Assembly: GCA_039587475.1 (NCBI GenBank)
Contig: JBDHIK010000300.1
Location: 7,045 to 71,044, forward strand
DNA from: Gemmatimonadota bacterium
Lineage (GTDB): Bacteria; Gemmatimonadota; Gemmatimonadetes; Gemmatimonadales; GWC2-71-9
DNA length: 64,000 nt
Direction: 5' to 3'
The notes under the pieces were generated by a model. It was not told the DNA's origin. It saw nothing but the letters and a program-made list of their open reading frames with translations, and made no database searches. The position numbers and the translations under genes are program-made. Shown here one piece after another: positions 17,968 to 26,727 of the stretch (position 1 is the stretch's first letter; each line of letters begins with the position of its first letter).

Positions 17968-18998
17968 AGGTCGGAACTCGGTGGGGTGACGACCTCCAGC
18001 AGTCGGCTGACCAGGATGTCCGACGTGATTCCCTCAGACTCCGCGAAGAAATTCGTCAATACCCGGTGACGCAACACCGGGTGCGCCAGGGCCCGAATGT
18101 CGTCCACGGTCACGTGATAGCGACCTTGCATCAGGGCCCGGGCCTTGGAGCCCAGGACCAGGTACTGTGCCGCCCGAACCGAAGCTCCGTACGACACCGC
18201 CTTGGTGATGAAGTCCGGTGCGCCCGGTTCGGCCGGCCGGGTGCGGCGGACCAGGGTCAGGGCATACCGGGCCACATGATCTGAAACGGGGACCCGGCGC
18301 ACCAGGCGCTGGTAGGCAACGAGGGTAGGGCCATCGACGGCGTGCTGGAATTCGGGTTCCTGAATGGCGGTCGTGTTCTTGACGACCTCGAGTTCCTCGT
18401 CTTCCGGGAGGTGATCGATCATGATGTTGAACATGAACCGGTCGAGCTGCGCCTCCGGGAGCGGGTATGTCCCTTCCAGCTCGATGGGATTCTGGGTGGC
18501 GAAGACGTGGAACGGCTCGTCCAGCGTGTAGGTCCGGCCCTGGACCGTCACGCGGTGTTCCTGCATCGCTTCCAGCAAGGCCGATTGGGTCTTCGGTGGC
18601 GTGCGGTTGATCTCGTCGGCGAGTACGATGTTGCTGAACACCGGACCTGGCATGAAGCGCATGCGCCGCTCCCCGGATGCCGGGTCTTCCTGCACCAGGT
18701 CCGTCCCCACGATGTCCGACGGCATCAGGTCCGGCGTGAACTGGATGCGGGAAAACTTGAGGTCGAGGACCTGTGAGATGGTCTGGATCAGCAGGGTCTT
18801 GGCCAGCCCGGGCACGCCGACGATCAGGCTATTGCCCCCGGCAAAGAGCGTCAGCAAGATCTGGTCGACCACTTCCTGCTGGCCCACGATCAGCTTGCGT
18901 AGCTCCGCGACGATCTTGTCGTGGCCGTCCTTGAGCTGGTCGGCCAGGGTGACGTCGTCGGTCGGCGGCGCGGTCTCAGGTTGCAGTTCGGTGCTCAT
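17964..18998 (-). CDS. MoxR-family AAA+ ATPase
   Basis: Walker A GVPGLAKT and Walker B LADEINRTPPKTQSALLEAMQE mark the AAA_3 family. I take the ATG at 18998, preceded by AAGGAAGG; the track start at 19043 looks over-extended. Confidence 0.95.
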   Translation of the reverse strand: MSTELQPETAPPTDDVTLADQLKDGHDKIVAELRKLIVGQQEVVDQILLTLFAGGNSLIVGVPGLAKTLLIQTISQVLDLKFSRIQFTPDLMPSDIVGTDLVQEDPASGERRMRFMPGPVFSNIVLADEINRTPPKTQSALLEAMQEHRVTVQGRTYTLDEPFHVFATQNPIELEGTYPLPEAQLDRFMFNIMIDHLPEDEELEVVKNTTAIQEPEFQHAVDGPTLVAYQRLVRRVPVSDHVARYALTLVRRTRPAEPGAPDFITKAVSYGASVRAAQYLVLGSKARALMQGRYHVTVDDIRALAHPVLRHRVLTNFFAESEGITSDILVSRLLEVVTPPSSDL

Positions 18999-19056
18999 GT
19001 CACCTTCCTTGGGCCCATAGGGGCGGTCCAGGCGGCTCGGCAAGGGGCCGACCGCG

Positions 19057-19866
19057 TCAATGCGTCATGGCGTACATCACGTAATTCACACCCAGTTTGT
19101 AGGCCACGTTCGAGATTTCGATAGGGATGAAGCCGGTGTCCGAGAACTCCCAGGACTCCCCAATGTCGTTGTTGTAGTTGGCGACGAGGAGAAGCCGCTT
19201 CTCCGGATCGTTGTCCTGGTACACGCCGAGAAAGGCGGAGGGGAGCCCCTGGTACGGGTGGAAGAAATCGAGAGACTCGATGTCGAAGAACGAATGAAAG
19301 ATCGGGTGGTCCGCCGTGAGACGCACCAGCCGCGCCTCGGGGAGAATCCGGTCCAGCATGTCCAGAAGGTTGCGAAGCGACCATGTCTGGGAGAAGTCGT
19401 CCAGAATGAGAAAGCCACCCTTGTGGAGGTACGCCTGCAGGTTGGCTGCCTCCTCATCCGACAGTGTCATCCAGCCGGGTTCCACCAGGTAGGCCAACGG
19501 ATACTTGAACAGCTCGGGGTCGCCCACAGAGAGAATGTTGTGTCCGTCCACGTTGGCCCGAACCCCGGTCAGTTCATCGATGATCTGGATGAAGTTCCGG
19601 TCGGCCCGGGGATAGTCATGGTCCCATTGAAAGTTGATGCCGCCGAAGTATCCGCCGCCGCCCCCGTAGCCGGTCTGCGACGGCGTGTAGCGCAGACGCA
19701 CGAAGGTGAAGCGGCCGTCGTAGGGCACGTTCGCCTGGCCGAATTCGTCCTCGTCCACCGGAGCCGGTGGGGTGCGGAAGCCGGGTCGTTGTGCCGCCGC
19801 CGGCGAGGCCGCCACGCTCGTCAGGATGCATACCAGCGCCGGCAGGCACCACCGAGACCTCCTCAC
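19057..19866 (-). CDS. DUF4159-domain protein (paralog 1), secreted
   Basis: RFTFVRLRY...WDHDYPRADRNFIQII...FKYPLAYLVEPGWMTLSDEEAANLQAYLHKGGFLILDDF...YVMYAMTH. The GTG at 19866 gives the signal peptide (M)RRSRWCLPALVCILTSVAASPAAAQ and overlaps the upstream stop (GTGA). Confidence 0.8.
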   Translation of the reverse strand: MRRSRWCLPALVCILTSVAASPAAAQRPGFRTPPAPVDEDEFGQANVPYDGRFTFVRLRYTPSQTGYGGGGGYFGGINFQWDHDYPRADRNFIQIIDELTGVRANVDGHNILSVGDPELFKYPLAYLVEPGWMTLSDEEAANLQAYLHKGGFLILDDFSQTWSLRNLLDMLDRILPEARLVRLTADHPIFHSFFDIESLDFFHPYQGLPSAFLGVYQDNDPEKRLLLVANYNNDIGESWEFSDTGFIPIEISNVAYKLGVNYVMYAMTH

Positions 19867-22472
19867 GGTCGATCTTCCCTGATCTCGAGTAGCAAGTCCA
19901 GCGCCTCCTGGTAGTTCGGAGCCTGCTCCAACGCCTGGAGCACGGTGCTCCGCGCGGTCCGCCGTTGTCCGGCGGCCCATTGGGCCTGCGCCAGGCCCAG
20001 GAGCGCCTCGGCGCGGTTGAACGGGTTCAACGCCAGAATGGCCCTGCGCTCCCGGAGGGCCAGCATGGTCTCACCCTCACCTGAGAACCCCAGGGCGAGC
20101 AGGCGATGGTCCTCTTCCTGGTACGGATAGAGGTACTGCACGTCTCCTAACGGGTCGAGGGCCGACGAGGTGTCCGCCAGTTGGAGACGGACTTCGGTCA
20201 GCATGCGGAGCCCTGGGTAATGGGCCCGGTTCCGTGTCGTCAGGGCCTCGAGTTCCACCTGTACCTTGCCCAGGCGCCCGGAGCGGTGATGGGCGGCCGC
20301 GAGCAGCCAGTAGGGACTGTCCCCTCCTGCATACTCGGGGAACAGCGCCTTGGCTCGCTCGAGATACGGCAGGGAGGAGTCGGGTTCAGTCTCCATCAAG
20401 GCGCGTCCCGTAAAGAGGTGGGCCAGGAAATCCGTCGAGTCCCGGTCCGCCCGTTCACGCATTTCGTCCAGACTCGCTCCCGGCCCGTCTTCCGCCATGG
20501 CAAGAGCCGCCAGCGGCCCCGCAAATCGCTCGCGGAAGTAGTCGTCGTAGGCCGTGGCGAAGGCCTCGAGATCCAGACCGAGGGTGGTCGTGAAGATGTC
20601 GGGCGTATTGGCGCCCTCACCGTAGCCGCGCAGCATATCGACGATGGCGTCGAACCCCCACCGCTGAGCGATGAAATCGAACACCAGCGATGACTGGTAG
20701 TACGAGAAGCCTATCTGCTGGGGATAGGCCGGCCGCATGAATCCTTGATTGAGATCCTCTACCGGCGCCAGCCGATCCTGGAGATAGGCCAGCAGGAACT
20801 GCCAGCCAATACGGTCACCCCATCCCGGTCGGGCTCGTCGCTCTTCGAAGACCGCGAGCCCCTCGGTAAACCAGCGCGGCACTCGGCTGCCGCTGACCGC
20901 CATATGAAAGGAGTGGGCCAGCTCGTGCCACAGGGTCGACCCCCAATGGAAGGACCCTTCCGGTCGGGCCGAAGGCGCGTCCATGGCGATGACGGGACCA
21001 AAGCTCACGCCCAGGGCGCCCATGCCCACCAGGCCGATGGTACGTACCGAGAAGTCAGCCTCCCGGGGATACACCTCCACACGGAGGGGGGTCGCGGGCG
21101 CGATGCCGTAGTGGGCTGTCAGGCTGTCCCAGGCAGCCTCGGCCAGTGGGACCATGTACAGCGCCAGCAGGTCGGACTGCTGACCGGGAACGGCAAAGAC
21201 GAATCGTTCGGTCGTCACCTCACGGTATTCGTCGAGGTCGTCCAGGAGATCGAGGGTGTTCTTGGTCCAGACATCGAATGGGTCGCCTGCAAACGCTACC
21301 TCGAGGTCGGCCCTGCCGCCGATCATCAGGCCGATGCGCAACCGGTTGATACCACGAAGCGCGTACCCGCGCCACGAGATCGAGTCGAGGGCCAGCGCCG
21401 AGTCAGCGAACTCCACGGCCAGGCGATACAGGCGATTGCGGGCCGCCACCTCGGACAAAGAAAGGAACACCTGCGGGTCGTGCGGGGCGACGTCACGGGC
21501 AACGGCGAGCCGCTCGGCATACAGGGCTCCGTCACCGCTCAGCAGCGCCGAGGCCGTTCGCATGGCGTGGGCCTCGGGGTTGCGCGGGTCGATTGCCAGG
21601 GCCCTGGCGCCTTCTTCGTCTGCCGCGGCATAGTCTTCGAGGTCGAGGTACTGGCGGGCCCGGAAGGTCCGGGCGGCCACCAGGTTGGGATTGGTCTCCA
21701 GGCTTTGTTCGACAAGGTCGAACGCGTCGGACGCACCTTCGAAGCGGCGGGCCCGTGCCAAGCCGAGCAGGGCCGATGGGTGATGGGGGTTGCGGCTCAG
21801 GGCGACCTGAAACGTGGCGCTGGCGTCCGTGCCGTTGAACTTGCTCAGAAACAGGTTCCCCAGGGCGACCTGGGCGTCGAGATACGTGGAGTCGGCGGCG
21901 ATTGCCTGGTCGTAGAGCCGGAGGGCGTCGCGAAGACGGGAGTAGTCGCGCCGACCCATGAGCGTCAGGGCGCCCGCGACCGCCGCCAACTGCTGCGCTG
22001 TACGCACCTGGCCGCCGTTGTACTCCGCGACGATGGATCGCAGCAACGATTCACCTTCCTCGGCGCGTCCGGCCCGAACCCTGATCTGGGCCAACCGGAG
22101 ACGCGCCTGAAGCGCTCCATCGCCACCGGAGCTGGCCGCACGCTGGAACAGGACCGTGGCCTCGGCATCGTTGCCGGTCGTGTGAAGCGTCTCCCCCAAC
22201 TCGACTTCCAGGGCGCTCCGTGCTGGGTACGTGTCGACATTGCGGCGCAGCAGTTCTTCGGCCTCGTCGTAGCGTCCGGTCTCCCGCAACACTCTGGCAA
22301 GAAGCACCACGGCGTCCGCGCCGGGTTGGCTGCGCAATTCGGCGCTCAGCGCCGTGACGGCAGCCGAGTACTCGCCTGCCCGGTAGGCGTCGTAGGCACT
22401 GGCCACCCGGTCTTGAGCCAGGAGCGTGGTCGGTAGCAGCCACACGGCGATCGCAACACGAAAATGAGACAC
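19863..22472 (-). CDS. TPR-repeat protein with gluzincin (peptidase-MA-like, HExxH) domain
   Basis: The N-terminal ~400 aa is TPR-like. It is followed by WHELAHSFHMAVSGSRVPRWFTEGLAVFEE (HExxH plus a downstream Glu), with more TPR repeats at the C-terminus. I prefer the GTG at 22472 ((M)SHFRVAIAVWLLPTTLLAQ, a signal peptide); the track start is 22505. Confidence 0.8.
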   Translation of the reverse strand: MSHFRVAIAVWLLPTTLLAQDRVASAYDAYRAGEYSAAVTALSAELRSQPGADAVVLLARVLRETGRYDEAEELLRRNVDTYPARSALEVELGETLHTTGNDAEATVLFQRAASSGGDGALQARLRLAQIRVRAGRAEEGESLLRSIVAEYNGGQVRTAQQLAAVAGALTLMGRRDYSRLRDALRLYDQAIAADSTYLDAQVALGNLFLSKFNGTDASATFQVALSRNPHHPSALLGLARARRFEGASDAFDLVEQSLETNPNLVAARTFRARQYLDLEDYAAADEEGARALAIDPRNPEAHAMRTASALLSGDGALYAERLAVARDVAPHDPQVFLSLSEVAARNRLYRLAVEFADSALALDSISWRGYALRGINRLRIGLMIGGRADLEVAFAGDPFDVWTKNTLDLLDDLDEYREVTTERFVFAVPGQQSDLLALYMVPLAEAAWDSLTAHYGIAPATPLRVEVYPREADFSVRTIGLVGMGALGVSFGPVIAMDAPSARPEGSFHWGSTLWHELAHSFHMAVSGSRVPRWFTEGLAVFEERRARPGWGDRIGWQFLLAYLQDRLAPVEDLNQGFMRPAYPQQIGFSYYQSSLVFDFIAQRWGFDAIVDMLRGYGEGANTPDIFTTTLGLDLEAFATAYDDYFRERFAGPLAALAMAEDGPGASLDEMRERADRDSTDFLAHLFTGRALMETEPDSSLPYLERAKALFPEYAGGDSPYWLLAAAHHRSGRLGKVQVELEALTTRNRAHYPGLRMLTEVRLQLADTSSALDPLGDVQYLYPYQEEDHRLLALGFSGEGETMLALRERRAILALNPFNRAEALLGLAQAQWAAGQRRTARSTVLQALEQAPNYQEALDLLLEIREDRP

Positions 22473-22476
22473 GCCG

Positions 22477-23499
22477 TCAGCTCTCTTCCCGCAGGCGGAT
22501 GTCACGGTTGACTGCCGCCAGCGCCACGAGCAGTTCTTCCAGTTGGTCCTCGTATTCTTCCAGGGTCAACGTCTCCTTGCGGCGCCGCAGGTCCGTAATG
22601 CCTTGCTCCAGTCGGGCCTTGTCGCCGTAGAGGCGCGCGGTGACGCTGTCGGACGACGACACTCCGGCCGCGGTGGTGCGGCTGACTCCGCTCAGCATCA
22701 TGACAGCCGCCAGTCGCCCGTCCTCCACGTCGACGCCGGGTTCAGGACTTCCCTTGCCGTCGCCGTTGTCGTCCAGGACGGCATGCTCGCTCAACAACTT
22801 CTGTTCTCGCTCATAGGCGCGGGCCACCTCCACATTCGCGTAGGTGAACGCCTCGAGGATCGACAACCGCTGGTCGTTGTTGGCGTCCGCTTCACTTCCC
22901 ACGAAGGCAGCCACGAAGAATTGGCCGAACAGTGATGCGTTCCGTTCCATCCCGCTCTTGGTGGCGGTGATGATGACCCGGTTGGTTCCGGACAGCGCTT
23001 CGACGAATTCTCCGCTCGCGCTCGTGAGGTTGGCGAACACCAGGGGCCGGTCCCCGAACGCGTCCAACAGCGCGGCGACTTCGACCGAGGTCAGGTCGGG
23101 GCCCGGAAGATTGATCTTGGAAACGCCGTTCCGGTAGCTCCCGTGTCCGATGACCACGATGAAGATCTGGCTGTCGGGGGGCAACGAGTCGGCCAGCCCG
23201 GACAGCGTGGCGACGACGACGTCCTTGGTCGACCGCCCACGAGTGCGCTCCGGGGCGAGTTCGGGGGCCGCCGCGAGGTAGACCACATTGCTGTCCGCCA
23301 GGCCGAATCGGTCAACGGCGGCGTCCATGAGGGTGGCGGCCCAGGTATGGAACCGTTCAGTGTAGTGCGGCTCCCCGCCGATGCCCGTGATCACGACCAG
23401 TATGCTCTGGCCCCAGAGCAGTGAAGGCGCCAGGGCCATCGCGGCCAGCACGACGATGACGCGGGTCACACCAGCCCCCGGCGGCGACGGACGCCCCAT
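22477..23499 (-). CDS. Peptidase-C13 (legumain/caspase-fold)-like protein with Ser at the catalytic Cys position, plus C-terminal coiled coil
   Basis: This is the C-terminal part of ORF 22477..24273. The signal peptide is VTRVIVVLAAMALAPSLLWG. Motifs are IFIVVIGHGSY (His-Gly) and, 41 residues later, FANLTSASGEF. The start is either the ATG at 23499 or the GTG at 23469; the latter overlaps the upstream stop as GTGA. Confidence 0.65.
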   Translation of the reverse strand: MGRPSPPGAGVTRVIVVLAAMALAPSLLWGQSILVVITGIGGEPHYTERFHTWAATLMDAAVDRFGLADSNVVYLAAAPELAPERTRGRSTKDVVVATLSGLADSLPPDSQIFIVVIGHGSYRNGVSKINLPGPDLTSVEVAALLDAFGDRPLVFANLTSASGEFVEALSGTNRVIITATKSGMERNASLFGQFFVAAFVGSEADANNDQRLSILEAFTYANVEVARAYEREQKLLSEHAVLDDNGDGKGSPEPGVDVEDGRLAAVMMLSGVSRTTAAGVSSSDSVTARLYGDKARLEQGITDLRRRKETLTLEEYEDQLEELLVALAAVNRDIRLREES

Positions 23500-25745
23500 T
23501 CTGCAGCCAGTAACGTCAGCAACAGCAACAACGCGATCGGCATGTCCCACAGCTCGAACGTTTCGGTCACGGTCCTGCCGCTGTCGGTGAATTCGACATC
23601 CTGTACGATTCCCCCCAGGGTGCTGCGCGTATAGAATCGCCCTCCTGTCTCCTCGGCGATGCGCCGCAGCAGGCCGGTGTTTCTCTCGGCGCCGAAGAAC
23701 TCGGTCGGGAGGTCCACACTGCGGATTCCGGTGTGGGACGTCCCGATATCTGAACCGCCATAGGCGGCAGACACGCGAATGTCGTATCCGCCCAGCTGGT
23801 CCGGAACGAACGTGCCCCGATACTCCCCGTCTTCCTCGACGGACCACTCGAGAGGAACCGTCGTTTCGGCACCGGTGGGATCCGTGATGGTGGCGATCAC
23901 CTCGGCGCCATTGATGCCCAGGTAGCTGGAATCGCTCACCTCGGCCTGAATGGCCACGGGCTCGCCTGGCGAGAACTGGGTCTTGGGCGTTTCGACAGAC
24001 ACCTGGTCGGGGACCGAACTCACCAGCCACCGGGAGACTTGCCGCCAGAAACGCTCGTGGGTCAGATCTTCGAGGGGAATGTCGGCGTGCATCTGCCAGA
24101 GCCAGGAATCCTGGACCGTCAGCGCCACCGATCGACCTCGCCCGAAGGGCTGGGTTGCCAGGATGACGAGGTCGTCGCCGCCCTCTGCCGGACGTCCGGT
24201 CAGCAGCAGGCTGGCTCCCGGCTTCACGCGGTACAGCGGGTTGGGAGTCGTCAGAGGAGGGAGTTCGGCCCAACGCTCCCGGGACGCGTCCGGGCTCGCC
24301 TCGAGTTGCAGGGCGGAATGCGAGGCTCCGCTCGCGGTCGGCAGGATATCCACCTCCGCGAGAAAGTCGCCAGAGCTGGTCGGTTCCTCCAATACCACCG
24401 GAAGCACGTTTTCGAGAGGCGTTCCGGCATAGCCCCCTTCCGCGAAGGAGGCCCGTCCACCGAGGAACATCAAACCGCCCCCCCGCTGGCTGACGAATTC
24501 TTCGATGATCTGAAGCTGGTTGTGGGTGAAGTAGCTGGCTTCGACCGATCCGAGGATGAGACCGCGGTAGGCAAACAGCTCCTCACGGGTCGACGGGAAG
24601 CCACTCGCCAGTTCGAGGGAGTCCTCGACACCCAGTCGGAGGTACTTGTTCTCTGCCGTGCGCTGCAGGACCACGAGGTGGACATTGGGGTCGTCGGTCA
24701 TGGCCTGGCGCATGAATTTGACTTCGAATCGGGGCTCGCCCTCGAAGTAGAGGACTCTCTCGCGACTGTCCTCGATGGAGAGCAACACCGATTGGGCATT
24801 GTTGGCACTGACCTGCTCGTCCTCTGCCGGGGCGATCGAGAATCGGTAGTCGTGAGTCCCGGGTGCCTCAGCGACGAGGATCATCCGGGCGGTGGTGCCG
24901 GGTTGTCCCCGTCCGAAGGTGATCGAACGAGACCCAGCGATGATGCCGTCTTCCTCAGCCACCAGGGTCACCGTCTGACCATCGAAACCACGTTGGTCGA
25001 TCATTACGTCGACGGCAAAGGCCGACCCGGCCAGCACCCGGTTCGGGGCCTCGATCCTGGTGACCTCGATGTCCTTACGGAACGCTTCCTCTCCGAAACC
25101 GACGGTGTAGACCGGAATGCCACGCGACTTGAGCTGGAGCAGCGGTTCCGTCACCGTGGTGTCGGCGTTGTCGGCGCCGTCGGAAACGAGGACCATGCCC
25201 GCCAGAGGGACCCCCGTCAGATCGCGTCGCACGTAGTCGAGTGCCGCGCCGATGTTGGTCGATCGGCCCTGGAAGGACGGAGCCAGGCCGGGGTCCATTC
25301 TGGCGGCGACATCCGAGAAGCGGTAGTGACGGACCGTGAATCGCTCGCCCAGTTGCTCCACTGCTTCACCAGAGGGGCTGAACGCGTCGTACGCGTTCTG
25401 GCCGCGTGACTGGATTCCCTCGTCCGCCAACTGCATGCTTCTCGAGTCGTCGATGATGACCGCCAGAAAATTCTCGCCAGGGATGACGCGCGAGATCACC
25501 AGGGCGGGGCGGAGCAGGGCGAAAAGCAACAGGGCGAGGACGGCCACCCGGATGCCCGTGAGGGTCCACACCATCCTGGTGCCGACCCGGTCGCGCTGGC
25601 GCCGGTACATGGCGCCGAGGACCACCGCCCCCGCCAGGCCCGCGAACACCATCGCAGGCCAGGGGCCGCCCTCGAAAGCGAAGGTGCCGTTCTCGAAAAC
25701 GATGGGCCGGTACTTGAACAGGGCTGTGAAGAGCGACTCGGGCAC
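23466..25745 (-). CDS. Membrane-anchored VWA-domain protein with class-I-glutamine-amidotransferase-like middle domain
   Basis: 759 aa. The N-terminus has TM helices, then VWA FLAVIIDDSRSMQLAD ... MVLVSDGADN. A middle VLYFEGEPRFEVKFMRQ...GGGLMFLGG segment looks GATase1-like. There is a C-terminal TM (IALLLLLTLLAAEWGVRRRR). Start is GTG. Confidence 0.8.
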   Translation of the reverse strand: MPESLFTALFKYRPIVFENGTFAFEGGPWPAMVFAGLAGAVVLGAMYRRQRDRVGTRMVWTLTGIRVAVLALLLFALLRPALVISRVIPGENFLAVIIDDSRSMQLADEGIQSRGQNAYDAFSPSGEAVEQLGERFTVRHYRFSDVAARMDPGLAPSFQGRSTNIGAALDYVRRDLTGVPLAGMVLVSDGADNADTTVTEPLLQLKSRGIPVYTVGFGEEAFRKDIEVTRIEAPNRVLAGSAFAVDVMIDQRGFDGQTVTLVAEEDGIIAGSRSITFGRGQPGTTARMILVAEAPGTHDYRFSIAPAEDEQVSANNAQSVLLSIEDSRERVLYFEGEPRFEVKFMRQAMTDDPNVHLVVLQRTAENKYLRLGVEDSLELASGFPSTREELFAYRGLILGSVEASYFTHNQLQIIEEFVSQRGGGLMFLGGRASFAEGGYAGTPLENVLPVVLEEPTSSGDFLAEVDILPTASGASHSALQLEASPDASRERWAELPPLTTPNPLYRVKPGASLLLTGRPAEGGDDLVILATQPFGRGRSVALTVQDSWLWQMHADIPLEDLTHERFWRQVSRWLVSSVPDQVSVETPKTQFSPGEPVAIQAEVSDSSYLGINGAEVIATITDPTGAETTVPLEWSVEEDGEYRGTFVPDQLGGYDIRVSAAYGGSDIGTSHTGIRSVDLPTEFFGAERNTGLLRRIAEETGGRFYTRSTLGGIVQDVEFTDSGRTVTETFELWDMPIALLLLLTLLAAEWGVRRRRGLV

Positions 25746-25751
25746 GGTGCC

Positions 25752-26549
25752 TCAGTGACTCATGGCGTAGACGATCAGGTTGACTCCCAGTTGGTAAGCG
25801 AAATTGGAAAAGCGCAGGGGGTAGTACGGATCCTCGGCCCACTCCCATGCATCTCCCAGGTCGCTGTTCCACACGATGGCGACCAGCAGACGGCCGTCCT
25901 CATTCATGATGCCCCGGAGGGCAGGGATGTAGCCGTCCTTCTCCCATGTGGGACCGCCGGCCCTCCCTTGCCCCACGTTCGGCACCTGGACGATTTCCTC
26001 GATGTCGTAGAAGACGTGAAGCACTTCGTGGTCCAGGGGGATGTCGACCACCGGATACTCGGGGAGCACGGACTGAATCTGACGCTGGAAGTTGAACCAC
26101 TCCCAGCTGCCCCAGAAGTCGTCGACCACCAGGAATCCACCCGCCAACAGGTAGCTACGAAGCCCCTCTCGCTCGGCCGGGGTCAGTGACATGTATCCGA
26201 CCTCGACGGCATAGAGATAGGGGAAGCGTCGCAGGTCGGGGTCGTCGAGGCGAACCGGGTGCTCGGCTCCTGACGCGTCGATGTTGGTCAGACGCTTCAG
26301 GCCGATCAGGAATTGCCGGTCCGCCTTGGGGAAGTCGACACTCCAGGACGGGAAGCGCGCACGAAGGTCGCTGTAGATCGCCCGCGTGAAGTAGAACTCG
26401 CGGTGCATGGTATCGTGCACCTGGAGTTCCGTGACCACGGATGGATCCACAAGACGGTTCTGCGCCGGGATCGCCATCGGGGGCTGCAACGCCATGAGCG
26501 CCAGTGCCCAACCCAGCGATCGGCGCGCGTGAGTCAACTCTCTCGGCAA
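25752..26549 (-). CDS. DUF4159-domain protein (paralog 2), first gene of the operon
   Basis: FYFTRAIYSD...VDFPKADRQFLIGL...RRFPYLYAVEVGYMSLTPAEREGLRSYLLAGGFLVVDDF...LIVYAMSH is clearly paralogous to 19057..19866. The start is ambiguous (TTG at 26549 or at 26537). Confidence 0.8.
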   Translation of the reverse strand: MPRELTHARRSLGWALALMALQPPMAIPAQNRLVDPSVVTELQVHDTMHREFYFTRAIYSDLRARFPSWSVDFPKADRQFLIGLKRLTNIDASGAEHPVRLDDPDLRRFPYLYAVEVGYMSLTPAEREGLRSYLLAGGFLVVDDFWGSWEWFNFQRQIQSVLPEYPVVDIPLDHEVLHVFYDIEEIVQVPNVGQGRAGGPTWEKDGYIPALRGIMNEDGRLLVAIVWNSDLGDAWEWAEDPYYPLRFSNFAYQLGVNLIVYAMSH

Positions 26550-26727
26550 CGCCAGACCCTCACCAAAGTCCCTTCCCGCCGAACCGCGTTTGCGGCAGGC
26601 GCTGTAACCTTGTAATACGCATTATGATGGGATGTGGTTGCGGTGCAAATGCCGCGGCGGGCTCGCAACCGCATTGTAACGTTCCGTTGTGCAACGACGC
26701 CGCTTCCCCTTGGCTCCGGACCGACTC

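Noticed and set aside
20745-22436. 563-aa plus-strand ORF (similarly 24039..25409, 13285..14469 and 15481..16395)
   Set aside because: All are antisense to operon genes that have clear family motifs. Composition is typical of GC-rich noise.
23500-24273. 5' extension of ORF 22477..24273
   Set aside because: It overlaps the VWA/GATase-like gene in another frame and is R/G/P-rich. A signal peptide and the C13-like domain start at 23469/23499.
26600-26700. Repeated GTTGCGGTGCAA / GCAACCGCATTG / GTTGTGCAACG words in the divergent intergenic region
   Set aside because: These are imperfect short matches that do not form a clean palindrome or direct repeat. They could be regulatory, but the sequence alone does not support a call.
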